A stretch of 64,000 bases of DNA from a virus (Duplodnaviria; Caudoviricetes): IMG/VR virus record IMGVR_UViG_3300026101_000001, positions 1-64,000 of that record; one strand, given 5' to 3'. Under the pieces are notes generated by a model. It had not been told where the DNA came from, made no database searches, and saw nothing but the letters and a program-made list of their open reading frames with translations. This document shows, piece by piece, positions 1 through 10,079 of this stretch. Both the position numbers and the translations under genes were made by a program. Positions within the stretch are counted from its first letter, which is position 1. Every line of letters starts with the position of its first letter.

Positions 1-127
1 ATTAGGCCAGCTGCAAGGAAATCCTGTTTGTCGGAGTTCCAAGCAGTTAAATAAATGACAAACTAAGCATGTAGTACCAAAGGTAGACATTTTCTGGACG
101 CGGGTTCAAATCCCGCCAGCTCCACCA
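1..127 (+). ncRNA. ssrA: tmRNA, 3' portion (5' end outside window)
   Basis: ACTAAGCATGTAGTACC...GGACGCGGGTTCAAATCCCGCCAGCTCCACCA is the conserved tmRNA 3' tRNA-like end with T-arm and CCA at 125-127. Confidence 0.92.
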
Positions 128-186
128 AACAAAAAAGTACAAAGAGGGTACAAATCAACAACTTACCTCTTTTACCAGTACCGAAA

Positions 187-247
187 GGTGACACAAAAGG
201 GACACGGAATGACACGAGTAGGACACGAGTTTAGTTTCGTGACACAA
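187..247 (+). repeat. Five GACAC-core direct repeats, likely integrase arm-type sites of the att junction
   Basis: GACAC at 190, 201, 211, 222, 241 (spacing 11, 10, 11, 19), 60-120 bp from the tmRNA end. Confidence 0.6.
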
Positions 248-263
248 ATTAAGTGAAACCTTC

Positions 264-290
264 AAAAAAGCCACTCTTAGAGTGGCTTTT
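264..290. terminator. Bidirectional intrinsic terminator between ssrA and the lysis cassette
   Basis: AAAAGCCACTCT-T-AGAGTGGCTTTT inverted repeat with A/T tracts at both ends. Confidence 0.8.
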
Positions 291-307
291 CTGTTTCTAG
301 GCTTTAG

Positions 308-628
308 TTACTTTTGTTTCGTTGGTTCCGGTGGTTCTGGGCTCGGGTCTGGTGTAGGGGTTGAGGGTTCACCAATCACCTCGCTTTCGGCAAGCTCCGC
401 CTCTCGCCTTTTCCTCAGTTCGATTTCAACCTCGTTTGATATCGCTTCGATATACCACTGCATAGACTCGATATCACTTTTGAACCCTGCGTTGATCAAA
501 CCAACAACATTGTCGTCGATTTTGTTTTCAGTAAATTTCGCCGCAAGCTTTAACAAGAACAAAACCATATGTCGTGTCAGCAATGCGGCACCAAAGTTTC
601 TAAAAAGAAGTATTAATGCGGCTTTCAT
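308..628 (-). CDS. Hypothetical lysis-cassette protein, hydrophobic N-terminus and Pro-rich C-terminus
   Basis: 106 aa ORF with GGAG RBS, directly downstream of the endolysin. Confidence 0.6.
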   Translation of the reverse strand: MKAALILLFRNFGAALLTRHMVLFLLKLAAKFTENKIDDNVVGLINAGFKSDIESMQWYIEAISNEVEIELRKRREAELAESEVIGEPSTPTPDPSPEPPEPTKQK

Positions 629-647
629 GTTGTAGCTCCAATTATCG

Positions 648-1217
648 TCAATCTCTTAGCGCTATGCGCTTATTTATCCAACCAAAGACAAATGTTTCGT
701 CTGTCTCTCGGGATTCGGCCAGTTCTAAATAATAAGCCCCTTGTAAACAATTGAGCGCTTTTAAAAGAACAGGTTCGGCCAAGGCTTTACGATGAGCAAA
801 GTAAAGCTGCAAGGCCTTAAGGGTTTTGCTACCAAATATTCCATCCACCTTTATATCGATGTAGATAGTTTGCATCTTATTAAAGGCATTCAACGCACGC
901 TGCAGGAACTTAATTCCTGTTCCGGTACCAAGATTCACCCCAGCTTCAAACACCTCCCACGCTACGTCAGGGCTTACCGAAGCCAGCTCCGAGATACGAG
1001 GGCCAAACCAATAGGTCTGTAAGTAGATTTCTCGGGCTTTGGATTGTGGCATATCTTTCATAGCGCCCATATAACCGTGAGCGCGTGCAACCTTTTCAGT
1101 AATTCCCCAGTTCGTAGGCCCACCCTTATCGTGTGGGTTATCTACGTACCCCGCTTCTAGTTTCACAATTTGAGCGACGTAAGCTTGGACTCTTGGGTCT
1201 GCGGAGTAGTTAGCCAT
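648..1217 (-). CDS. Endolysin, glycoside hydrolase family 108 with peptidoglycan-binding domain
   Basis: EAGYVDNPHDKGGPTNWGIT GH108 motif; LQRALN/VDGIFGSKT and FVFGWINKRI PG-binding-type C-terminus; start moved to ATG 1217 after GAGG. Confidence 0.88.
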   Translation of the reverse strand: MANYSADPRVQAYVAQIVKLEAGYVDNPHDKGGPTNWGITEKVARAHGYMGAMKDMPQSKAREIYLQTYWFGPRISELASVSPDVAWEVFEAGVNLGTGTGIKFLQRALNAFNKMQTIYIDIKVDGIFGSKTLKALQLYFAHRKALAEPVLLKALNCLQGAYYLELAESRETDETFVFGWINKRIALRD

Positions 1218-1668
1218 TTTTAGCCTCAAAATTTTTGTTTTTAACCAGTTCTTTTAAATAGGACATTGTTTGTGATTGCTGGTTACTGATCTGGGTCATA
1301 TGTTGAATGACGATACTTTGGTCAGATTCCAGTTTTGAAAGACGGTGATTTATACCTGACAGGGCTTGGTCAATATGTTGCTTGTTGAATTCAAGCTTTT
1401 CGTTAACGCGTTCTTCTCTAGGGTGAGCCAATGCTACGTGTTCTTTAAATGCTGCCAGCTCTCCCGAAATTTTTGTAACCGCAGCATTGGCGGAAGCGTG
1501 ATTTTTATTCACGGTCTCCCATAGGTTTTTATTACTCTGCGAAAAACTTTCCTGTGAGCTTTTCATATCGGACTTTATCCCCGATATGATAAATAGCGAT
1601 ACAGTTACCGCTACGCCACTAAGGGTGGCCATCACTCCCAAGAGTGCTAGCAAGGTTGTTGAGTCCAT
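1210..1668 (-). CDS. Membrane protein with N-terminal TM helix and coiled coil (possible holin/antiholin)
   Basis: TTLLALLGVMATLSGVAVTVSLFII hydrophobic segment; position upstream of endolysin. Confidence 0.5.
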   Translation of the reverse strand: MDSTTLLALLGVMATLSGVAVTVSLFIISGIKSDMKSSQESFSQSNKNLWETVNKNHASANAAVTKISGELAAFKEHVALAHPREERVNEKLEFNKQHIDQALSGINHRLSKLESDQSIVIQHMTQISNQQSQTMSYLKELVKNKNFEAKNG

Positions 1669-1669
1669 C

Positions 1670-2062
1670 TTAGTACCCCAAATACTTCATTAAACCGAGA
1701 TTAATACCTAGTGAACTCAAAATAATTAGCCCCCAAACACCAAAGTATGAGAGCTTTAAGCGAAGGGTATTTATAGAAAAATAAGATACATCCGAGGTCC
1801 GCGTTTTAAAGTTAAGAAACTTGCGGTAGTCCCCGCTCTTTTCTGCTGCTAGAAAAGATTCCAGTATCTGGGAGACACTATCTTCGTAACTAACGTCCAG
1901 AAGTAATGAAGTAAACGTGTAACGGCCTTTCTTAACGGCCAGAGGCGAACAGATAAATAGAGCGACAAGTTTTTGTCTTTCATTGAAGATTTTTATAACT
2001 TCACTTTCGGTAGGAATTTGCTCAACCTTTAAATTGAGCTTAGAGGGATCGAGTATGCCCAT
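1670..2062 (-). CDS. Hypothetical protein with C-terminal TM segment
   Basis: 130 aa ORF; YFGVWGLIILSSLGINLGLM; AGGCGG RBS. Confidence 0.55.
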   Translation of the reverse strand: MGILDPSKLNLKVEQIPTESEVIKIFNERQKLVALFICSPLAVKKGRYTFTSLLLDVSYEDSVSQILESFLAAEKSGDYRKFLNFKTRTSDVSYFSINTLRLKLSYFGVWGLIILSSLGINLGLMKYLGY

Positions 2063-2103
2063 CTTGCCGCCTAAGTATCGTCAATTAGCCTAATTTTCAA
2101 TCA

Positions 2104-2132
2104 AGGATACTACCCTTAAGCAGGGGTGTAAA
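2104..2132 (-). promoter_or_regulatory. Sigma70-like promoter for the lysis cassette
   Basis: TTTACA (2132-2127), 17 bp, TATCCT (2109-2104). Confidence 0.55.
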
Positions 2133-2162
2133 CGAGCAATGGCCATCCTTGGCCATTTAGGT

Positions 2163-5100
2163 TTAAACGCCTAAGCTAGATTGCACATAAGCGCTTATTG
2201 GGGAGGCCCCCTGCGTCGATAGCGCTTCACTGGTTGAGTAGACAACAACGCCTCTTCCATCCCCTTCAATATAAAGCACTACTGCAACGTCAAAAGGTTC
2301 TCTCGCGCTCTTAGGTTGGAAGTCCCCAAAACGGCAATGAGCTTCTGACCCTTCAAAAACAATAGCTAAGGATTCAGAGTCGATTCTCGCTTTTTCAGAG
2401 GTGTTATATATGATTACTTCTAGTTTGCTAATAGTGTTAGCTGCGGCTTCAAAATCGATACATCCCTCACCATCGACCACCAAACCTAACTCGCTACTCG
2501 GACGAAGTTTGATAATCTCACGGTTCGCTCTACCAGGGTAAATCATTAAGTTACCGTCTGTGATCAACTCAAAAGCTACCGAGTCGATTAACTCCAAGAT
2601 ACTACCGTCGAAGTTGAAAGCGGCCACGGCAATTGAAACCGTTTTAGCCGTGCTTCGGGTTCCCTCCGTGTCGATGGCCACAACACTAAAAGTTAACGTC
2701 TGGGCATCATTCTCACTTGGGGAGATAAAGCTTGGGCTGGCCGTAGTTGAATTAACCAACGTTACGGTGTCACCCGCGGTCTGAGTCCATTCATAGCTGG
2801 CAATCGGATGAGAACCAGCCGTACTTTGTGTGGCATCTAAATACACAGTTTGCCCAGACTCGACGGACTGGTTAGGGCCTAGGACCACGGTTGGGGGTGT
2901 TATTTCCAGAGGGAGAACAACAATATCTACCTCTCTACTTCCTACGGCACCATCATCATCTGTAACGGTAACTCTAAGTTTAACCGTTTGCTGGGTACTA
3001 CGGCTAAAGGCCGTAACGTTAGTTGATGCGGAGTTTGTGCTTGATATTGATACGCTGTCGGAACCGTTATCGACTTGCTCCCATAAGTAACTTGCAATTG
3101 TTCCGTCCGTATCTGACGCGCTGGCTGTAAGCGTGAATTGCTCTCCCGCATTCACAGTTGTTTTAGACGCGTTAATAGTTACCGTAGGCGCAGCATTACT
3201 GCCTTCGGTAATATAAAATGTCGCGCTTGCAATTACTGAATCTGTGCCATCGGACACGGTACAACGAACTGCAATATTTGCGTCTTCTGCTTCTGCTAAA
3301 AAGCTTGTACTTGCAGAAGTGGGGTCAGCTATCGTAATTGTAGGGGCACCGTTACTTAACTGCTCCCAAAAATAAGTAAGCGTGTCACCGTCTAAATCTT
3401 CTGCTTCACACACCAACGGAACTGTTGAATTAGGGGCGTAGTCAATGTCTGTGCCTGTGATAGTGGCCGTAGGTTTATTGTTAACAACACCAAAACCGTT
3501 GCTGTACGTTGTGACTGTCACGCTATCAAAAGACATTGAAGAGTCAGTATCCGTCGAAGCGTTCTCAAATTTTGAGCCTATCGTTAAGGGTTGACTCAAA
3601 TCTAAGTCTCGCAAAAGTATCTTAGTCGTCCTTGATACGCCATCCATCACATAAGCGATACCTTCGGCGGGTATAATTCTAAGCCCATAAGTATGAGCTG
3701 CTCGAGGGTCCTCGTATGAGTTGCTAAGTCCACCTTTACCCGTTAAACCTACAGTTTTTCGAGTAAAAAATTCATCGTTAACTTCATTGGCAGCATCTAT
3801 CACGTTGTAAGACATTCGTACAGATGGGGCAAACTTATCCGGCCATAGTAAGGATATCGCCCTAGTCGGTGAATCAATGTTGTCGAACAACCCGACTTTC
3901 CCGTAAATATCCTCGGTGCTAGAGTCTTTGCTATGCCTGTTAAAGATGATATCTACCATGTCGTAGTCGGACAAGATTAATGATGCGCCTTGCCAGCTAG
4001 CGGAGCCACCAAAAGGCAATGACTGAGTTATTCGACCATCGGTTTGGCTTACCGATGTGTCAAATGAAAAATCACCCATAGAACTTAGGTCATGGATTAC
4101 GGTTCTTTGTTGGTGAGTTCTTATAATAGTCCAATCATAATCAATCTCATCTAACCGGCAAAGCCCCCCCACAGTTGTGCCATCGGCCGATAGCCCTTTA
4201 TAAACCCCATATCTTTCGCCATTAGTATCGGTATACGGGATTTCTTTTAAGTGGTGAAGTTCTAGTTCATCATAATCACCAGCACCACCTATACTTATAA
4301 AAGGATTAGGTTCCGATACTACGTTAAAATTATCATCAACAAGGATTTCTAGTGGTCGGGTATAATCGTCTAAGCCTCCCCCTAAAACATCAGGGCGCAT
4401 GGCAACTATCATTCTCCAGTAATTCCCTTCTTGCTTTATAGAGCCAACATCCCATAGTACCCAAACCCACTCAATTTCTGGATGTGAAGTATCTACGTAA
4501 TCCTGTAAGTCTCCGGTGTATCTGCCCCACAAAGCAATCCGCTCAAAACTTTGAAAGTCGTTTGTTCCCCATATCGCTTGGGCAGGTGAGCGCTGTATCT
4601 CGCCGCCACCGTGCGTTGAGTTTGCTAAAAATTGGTAAGGCAAATGACCCATAGGGTTAGGAACTACATTTAAGTAGCCCGTATGACCATCACCCTGCTC
4701 AACACTAGCATCGTAAGAAAGAACAACATTGTAATCCCTAGTAAAATCTATACCGTTAGTTGAGGTTGCACCACGAGTGTTTTGGTCGTTACCTTGGGTA
4801 TGATAGAACATAAATATTGTTCCATCTTGAAGTACAGGTGTTGGCGTTTCGGTTTGTAGCCAATCGGGGTCTTGGTAAATTGGCTCACTTTTTGTCGATA
4901 TGTGATCAAACTCTGGTCTATTTGAAATGGTATTCCATTCAAGCCACGCATTGGGGTCTGTAATTGGGCCAACATCGCTATCCCAAACACGAACAAAAAT
5001 CCCCCCAACAAAAGTGTTGCCCTCAACATATTCTGCGTGGTCAGTAGAAGAATAGATAATCATCGGATAACGAGTGTGAGGCCAGTTCGGTATTCTGTCT

Positions 5101-5747
5101 GTAGCAAACGGGGAGGGCCAGAACTCCTCGGTTGCTCCAGCCGTACTTAAAAGACTATGGTTGTTATAAAGAATACCTAATTTTGTAGCCTGTAGTGCTT
5201 TGCCGGAAAAGGTGTATTCTTGGCGTGGTGCGACATCCGTCGATTGATAAGTTATTTTCTGAAGGCCGTGTTGGGCATTATCCATCCTAAAGCCAGCAAA
5301 ATTTCCTTCCCTATGTGTTGAGTCTTTAACCTCGACTTCCAACTCTAAATCACGATAAACCTTAATCGATTCTCCGTAAGCTTCAACCCTAAAATGAATA
5401 CTATTCTTTTTAGGGTCTGTCATGTTTTTTACTAGTATGCCAGAACCGTTTACGTATTTGTAAAGACCATGAACTCCTGAACTCGAAGTACCTCTGACAA
5501 TCCAATAGTTATCAGAATCTACGCCTCGAAATATAATCCCTAAGTTACCATTAGATTGTGAGTCAACTATGATGTCCGCCTCAAATACTCCGTCTTTCTT
5601 AGATGGCCAAACAGCCCTAGCATTGCTTGTATTGCCTAAGGGTTTCAGTACCCCTGACTGGGTTTCAAAATCCCCACCCCAAACCACCGCATTCGGAATA
5701 GCGGATATATTCGTACCATCAGGATAATTAAACGTTTCTAAAGCCAT
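2163..5747 (-). CDS. Large tail-associated carbohydrate-binding/adhesin protein (lectin-like N-terminus, beta-propeller-like middle, three PKD/Ig-like repeats)
   Basis: 1194 aa; repeats with PTATIT..TLTYFWEQL, PTVTIN..IASYLWEQV, PTVVLG..IASYEWTQT; no signal peptide; in tail operon. Confidence 0.6.
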   Translation of the reverse strand: MALETFNYPDGTNISAIPNAVVWGGDFETQSGVLKPLGNTSNARAVWPSKKDGVFEADIIVDSQSNGNLGIIFRGVDSDNYWIVRGTSSSGVHGLYKYVNGSGILVKNMTDPKKNSIHFRVEAYGESIKVYRDLELEVEVKDSTHREGNFAGFRMDNAQHGLQKITYQSTDVAPRQEYTFSGKALQATKLGILYNNHSLLSTAGATEEFWPSPFATDRIPNWPHTRYPMIIYSSTDHAEYVEGNTFVGGIFVRVWDSDVGPITDPNAWLEWNTISNRPEFDHISTKSEPIYQDPDWLQTETPTPVLQDGTIFMFYHTQGNDQNTRGATSTNGIDFTRDYNVVLSYDASVEQGDGHTGYLNVVPNPMGHLPYQFLANSTHGGGEIQRSPAQAIWGTNDFQSFERIALWGRYTGDLQDYVDTSHPEIEWVWVLWDVGSIKQEGNYWRMIVAMRPDVLGGGLDDYTRPLEILVDDNFNVVSEPNPFISIGGAGDYDELELHHLKEIPYTDTNGERYGVYKGLSADGTTVGGLCRLDEIDYDWTIIRTHQQRTVIHDLSSMGDFSFDTSVSQTDGRITQSLPFGGSASWQGASLILSDYDMVDIIFNRHSKDSSTEDIYGKVGLFDNIDSPTRAISLLWPDKFAPSVRMSYNVIDAANEVNDEFFTRKTVGLTGKGGLSNSYEDPRAAHTYGLRIIPAEGIAYVMDGVSRTTKILLRDLDLSQPLTIGSKFENASTDTDSSMSFDSVTVTTYSNGFGVVNNKPTATITGTDIDYAPNSTVPLVCEAEDLDGDTLTYFWEQLSNGAPTITIADPTSASTSFLAEAEDANIAVRCTVSDGTDSVIASATFYITEGSNAAPTVTINASKTTVNAGEQFTLTASASDTDGTIASYLWEQVDNGSDSVSISSTNSASTNVTAFSRSTQQTVKLRVTVTDDDGAVGSREVDIVVLPLEITPPTVVLGPNQSVESGQTVYLDATQSTAGSHPIASYEWTQTAGDTVTLVNSTTASPSFISPSENDAQTLTFSVVAIDTEGTRSTAKTVSIAVAAFNFDGSILELIDSVAFELITDGNLMIYPGRANREIIKLRPSSELGLVVDGEGCIDFEAAANTISKLEVIIYNTSEKARIDSESLAIVFEGSEAHCRFGDFQPKSAREPFDVAVVLYIEGDGRGVVVYSTSEALSTQGASPISAYVQSSLGV

Positions 5748-5758
5748 TCTCTATCTCT

Positions 5759-8656
5759 CTATACTGTAATTGAAATTGTGTTAGACCACGCGCCAACTAG
5801 CGCACCGTTAAGGCAACGGCATCTGATCTGATATGTGCCTGATGAAAAGTTAATTGAACGTTTGAAGCAACCTACAACCCCAGGCAATCCGGTGTTAGGA
5901 ACGTTTAAGGTTGACCAACTAGACCCGCCGTTACTCGAAACTTGAAATTCCATATCGGTCATAGCGGCACGGCAAAGATCTTTCATTGTTGGATAGGTTT
6001 TTAGAACGTGGACTAACTTAGGTCGAGTTCTTATAGGGCTATATGTGCTGTAAGTACCAAACCCTTTAGGCTGGTTTTGTAGTTGCTCGGTAGAAACACA
6101 GCGAACACCATCTACCGCGCAATTCCATATTTCTATGTATGGGCTAGAGTGACTCGGTGAAAATACTTCGCGCACACCAGAGGTTCTAACAAATTCGGTA
6201 TTAGCAACTGTAGCTGAACCTTTAGAGTGAGTACGAAGCATCTTACAAGCGCCTTCGTAACGTGAGTGGTTTATTTCAGAACGCTTTTTCAAGTCGGTCA
6301 CTGCGTCAGAGCTGTTTTTTAAATCACAACCATAAATATTTACGGAGTATTTAAAAGCTTCTTCACCGCTGTAAGCGCCATTGACCACGAAGCAATCAGA
6401 ATTGCCAAATCGACTGTCATAATTTCCAAAATTTGAATCGAGCAATAAATCAACATCGCAAAAATGCAGCTGTTGCTCTTTAACAAATGGCCCGTACAAG
6501 TCACCATGAACAGCAACTTGCCATGTTTCATTAGCGCCTTCATAACCACCAATAAAATCCATTTTATAAACTTCAAGAGATTCTGCACCACGAAGGTTAA
6601 TTCCATTCCTGCGGCTTCTAACTGTTACGTTCTCAGCAAGATAATGAGCTGTTGGGTTATTGCTTCTATGACCATCACGCTCGTTCTGTTCAAGGACACC
6701 CGACAAGTAAATATCTGCGGTATACAGGTCTTTAAGTCTTGTTACGGGTAGCACATCAAACATCAGATTAACTTCATTACCGTTAACCGTGGCACTTAGC
6801 TCTGGTACTGCAGGAGTTTCAGTTCTGAGTAGCTTGCGAACATAAATATTTAGCACATCACCGGAGTAACTTTGCCCTGCAACTGTAATAGTTGTTGCGT
6901 TAGCTGGTGCTCGAATAAGCCAAACTTCTGTACCGTCTATATAGTGGCTGTACTGCCCTTGGGCGCTCCCTATAGAAGGTACAACTCCACCTGAAGTTCG
7001 CCCCTCTAGTTTTACTGATATTTGGTAAACCTCTCGCTCTTCAAAAGCATAATTAGCAGTCAGTGAAGCACTAGAATTACTTGCTGTGTACCTATCTCCA
7101 TTTTTAGACCAGCCAGAACCGCTAAATGCATCTGGTTGAACTACTTTTGCGCTTACTTCAGGAGAAGGGAGTATTTTAAAGCGGTGCATGTAGATAAAGT
7201 TTTCAGTGCTGTACCTGAAATAATCGATTGCCTCTTCGCCCGGGTCTAAATGCAACCAAGTATCTAAAGGCATGTAGCGCAAAGAGCCATCCCCAGTGGG
7301 CACGATTCTCGCCCCACTAGGCAAATCAATCTGGCTAGAAAAAGCATTTTCAGCACCCTGCACTGACACCGCATTATCCATTTGAGGTATGTGCATGTAA
7401 GGCAGAGACAGTGTTTTATTTGCGTATACAGGTAATGCGTCATCGGTCACCGTAGCTTTTACACCGCGCCAGCTTTCGCCTTCGCTTAAAACTACAGTTT
7501 CATTATACAATTCCCCGTTCACCGTAACGTTGTTTAAAATAAACGTGCAAGCACCACGAGCGTACACAAAAGGTAAAGGTGCTAATGCTTTATAGTCTCC
7601 ACCGTTTATTGTGATAGTAGAGCCAGCATGACCTACGATTACACCAAGACCGCTTGTTTCATCCAAATTGCAACCGCAATTGTTTAACTCACCGTCTTTT
7701 TCAAACTCATAGGCAAAACCATCGCCTTGTATTCTTCGCGTCCATGACACCATACAATCACGAGCTGTAGAGGTTTCAGAAAAGTGAATACCTTTACAAT
7801 CGTAGCTTGACGTTAAACCTTTAACATCAACTGGGCACTCAAACCGAAAACCTTCATCACTGAAACCTTGCGTTTCTACGTAGCGAACAATAGCTTCTCC
7901 GCCTTGCTCTAAGTGAACTCCAATAAAAGGTGTAGGGTTTTCGGCAAACAGATTATTTTCATTAACTATTTTGCCGCCAACAATCTCTATTTCAGAGTGT
8001 CCAGCTCTTACTGCAATACCTATATCGCCAGAACCGGTAATATCAAAACCTTGCAATGAGATATTGCTAGAACCTAACGGGATAATGAGCGCTTTTAGTG
8101 TTGTTTTAATCCACGTTAAGCTTCGTAAAACCCAATCAAACATACGATACCCGCCTGTATTTATCAGTCCTGCGTTACTCATAATCGCACCATGTATTTC
8201 AGTGCCACGATTGTCTTTAGTTAGTGTTAAAAGGTTTTGCGAGTCTTTAAGCTTTACACTGTAGAAGCGGTGGTAATCTGCGCTTAATAAGATGAAATTT
8301 GCAGGTGCGTTGATAATCCAAGGTGAGTGATTATCCAAGCTTGTGTCTATTTCGCTTTCACCAACTTGCAAGCCAAAGTAAAAAGAGAACCATGCTCCTT
8401 CTCTTGCCTCGTCGATATCAAAGTTCCATGGTGCTTTTCTGGGAGTCCAATCACGTATTTCAGAAGGGTGAGAACCGATGTAAAAATTATCACCTCGTTC
8501 TATTCGGTAATTAGGGTTTTCTCCGTCGCTGTTATTGTATATGCGATGATATACGCGGTTTATGTCTTGCACTGGGTTGCACTCCACCCAATCCTCACCC
8601 TGCGTCCAACTTTCAGCGTTTTTTAGATTTACATCAAATAAGCGATTAATACTCAC
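5759..8656 (-). CDS. Tailspike/depolymerase-like protein with predicted beta-helix regions and C-terminal Fn3-like domain
   Basis: 965 aa; beta-helix-like repeats (VETQGFSDEGFRFE, DLKNSSDAVTDLK); YQIRCRCLNGALVGAWS Fn3-like end. Confidence 0.55.
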   Translation of the reverse strand: MSINRLFDVNLKNAESWTQGEDWVECNPVQDINRVYHRIYNNSDGENPNYRIERGDNFYIGSHPSEIRDWTPRKAPWNFDIDEAREGAWFSFYFGLQVGESEIDTSLDNHSPWIINAPANFILLSADYHRFYSVKLKDSQNLLTLTKDNRGTEIHGAIMSNAGLINTGGYRMFDWVLRSLTWIKTTLKALIIPLGSSNISLQGFDITGSGDIGIAVRAGHSEIEIVGGKIVNENNLFAENPTPFIGVHLEQGGEAIVRYVETQGFSDEGFRFECPVDVKGLTSSYDCKGIHFSETSTARDCMVSWTRRIQGDGFAYEFEKDGELNNCGCNLDETSGLGVIVGHAGSTITINGGDYKALAPLPFVYARGACTFILNNVTVNGELYNETVVLSEGESWRGVKATVTDDALPVYANKTLSLPYMHIPQMDNAVSVQGAENAFSSQIDLPSGARIVPTGDGSLRYMPLDTWLHLDPGEEAIDYFRYSTENFIYMHRFKILPSPEVSAKVVQPDAFSGSGWSKNGDRYTASNSSASLTANYAFEEREVYQISVKLEGRTSGGVVPSIGSAQGQYSHYIDGTEVWLIRAPANATTITVAGQSYSGDVLNIYVRKLLRTETPAVPELSATVNGNEVNLMFDVLPVTRLKDLYTADIYLSGVLEQNERDGHRSNNPTAHYLAENVTVRSRRNGINLRGAESLEVYKMDFIGGYEGANETWQVAVHGDLYGPFVKEQQLHFCDVDLLLDSNFGNYDSRFGNSDCFVVNGAYSGEEAFKYSVNIYGCDLKNSSDAVTDLKKRSEINHSRYEGACKMLRTHSKGSATVANTEFVRTSGVREVFSPSHSSPYIEIWNCAVDGVRCVSTEQLQNQPKGFGTYSTYSPIRTRPKLVHVLKTYPTMKDLCRAAMTDMEFQVSSNGGSSWSTLNVPNTGLPGVVGCFKRSINFSSGTYQIRCRCLNGALVGAWSNTISITV

Positions 8657-10079
8657 TGACAGGTATCCTTATTTTTATTGACTCAACAGTCATACTGCCT
8701 GTAATTGCGTTATTAAAGCGTTTAAAATAAATTCGTTCAGAGTTTGTAAGAAACCTATACGGTTCAGCTTCATAAACAATATTGGGAGCGCTATTGGAAA
8801 TGGTTACTGCCATGTGACGGTTCATAGCATGGACTACAAGAATTATTTCAAAGCTGTATTCGTCATAGTCGTCACCGAAGAACCTCAAAGCATCAGTCGC
8901 GCCGGACGCATCATCTACGGAGTAGCTACGGTAGTTATTAGGGTCTTGCGTCCAGCTTAGCCCCATGTAGTTAGGTGTTTGAGGTGTTATATCTTCGCTA
9001 TACCAGTATCCATCTGATTTTTGGTAGAAGGTTCTGAACGGGCTTTTTAACGTGCCAAAAGCAACATCAAAATAACCATTTAGCGAACGATAGTAAGAAC
9101 GGTCTGCATCCAACGTAGCCCACGAGTTATCGAGTTCTACATAGTCAATAATCCCTTCAAAGTATTCGCTACTGAACTCTCCTATTTTGTATAGGTCAGT
9201 AACCGCAGTCTCATACTCATGCCACTGGTGATTAGCTAAAGTAGGGTTGCCAGGCAAACCATTGCCGCCTGCACCCATCGGGTAAACTCTAAGCTTTATT
9301 CTGCCTGAGTAAGCAGAGTTAAGGCGTATGAATGTGCCTCGTGGGAAAATTGCGAATTTCCTTGAACCAACGACCGTAGGAATAGTTACCCACCTGTCTG
9401 TTAATGAGATATGCACTAACCCACGCACATCATCGTAACGAATTTGAGGTTCATTATTAGGTGAGTCTTCGGGTAAAACCTCTGTCTTCTTAAGCGTCGG
9501 ATAGTCACTTAGAAGATGAGTAAGGCTTTGGTTTTGACGAACCGGAGGGCTTAGGGCCTGAGTGCGCTTATTGTCCGTGTCGATATCATCGGGCAGCTGC
9601 TCGACAGACACCTTGCCGCCAATTTCAGGAAAATTAGGGAAACGCTTTGCTGTCTCGGGGAGCACTTCATTTATATCACCCTGTACTTGCACCCAAGTTG
9701 GCCATTGCGTAGCGGTCACAGGGGGGTCGATAATAATGCCCCAGCTAACTTCATCAACCGAACCTGAACCCGCCGCAGCCTCTACAAACGCCTCATAAGC
9801 CGCACGATTAGCCTCTACCGCTGTAAGATACGTGTCAGGGTCCCCCAGTGGAACGACTCGGGCTGAAACCCCGTCAACGTTCGCATGGGGCCACGGCTTA
9901 TCCAGTGTTAAGGTTCGAGCGTTAGAATCACTTTCAAGAATCGTTACTGGTACGGTGTAACCTTCAATAAAGAGCTGACTGTTTTCTTTTACGGAAAAGT
10001 TTGAATCCCCTGAGTTAATCTGAACTAAGGTTTGATTCTGATTTACGGTTACGGAAGTGAAGTCTCTAATATAACTCAT
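8646..10079 (-). CDS. Tail fibre protein
   Basis: 477 aa directly after J; VTVNQNQTLV N-terminus and SWGIIIDPP..QWPTWVQVQG tail-fibre-type repeat. Confidence 0.6.
   Translation of the reverse strand: MSYIRDFTSVTVNQNQTLVQINSGDSNFSVKENSQLFIEGYTVPVTILESDSNARTLTLDKPWPHANVDGVSARVVPLGDPDTYLTAVEANRAAYEAFVEAAAGSGSVDEVSWGIIIDPPVTATQWPTWVQVQGDINEVLPETAKRFPNFPEIGGKVSVEQLPDDIDTDNKRTQALSPPVRQNQSLTHLLSDYPTLKKTEVLPEDSPNNEPQIRYDDVRGLVHISLTDRWVTIPTVVGSRKFAIFPRGTFIRLNSAYSGRIKLRVYPMGAGGNGLPGNPTLANHQWHEYETAVTDLYKIGEFSSEYFEGIIDYVELDNSWATLDADRSYYRSLNGYFDVAFGTLKSPFRTFYQKSDGYWYSEDITPQTPNYMGLSWTQDPNNYRSYSVDDASGATDALRFFGDDYDEYSFEIILVVHAMNRHMAVTISNSAPNIVYEAEPYRFLTNSERIYFKRFNNAITGSMTVESIKIRIPVSEY

Noticed and set aside
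1-127. tRNA gene
   Set aside because: Only a T-arm and acceptor end are present, preceded by the tmRNA-specific ACTAAGCATGTAG segment; no anticodon or D arm.
282-635. 117-aa plus-strand ORF and similar antisense ORFs across the structural region (e.g. 11459-11881, 22640-23053, 23002-23397)
   Set aside because: Shadow frames of well-supported opposite-strand genes; no RBS, and 282-635 starts inside a terminator.
2163-10079. Diversity-generating retroelement acting on tail fibres
   Set aside because: No reverse transcriptase and no template/variable repeat pair seen in the window.
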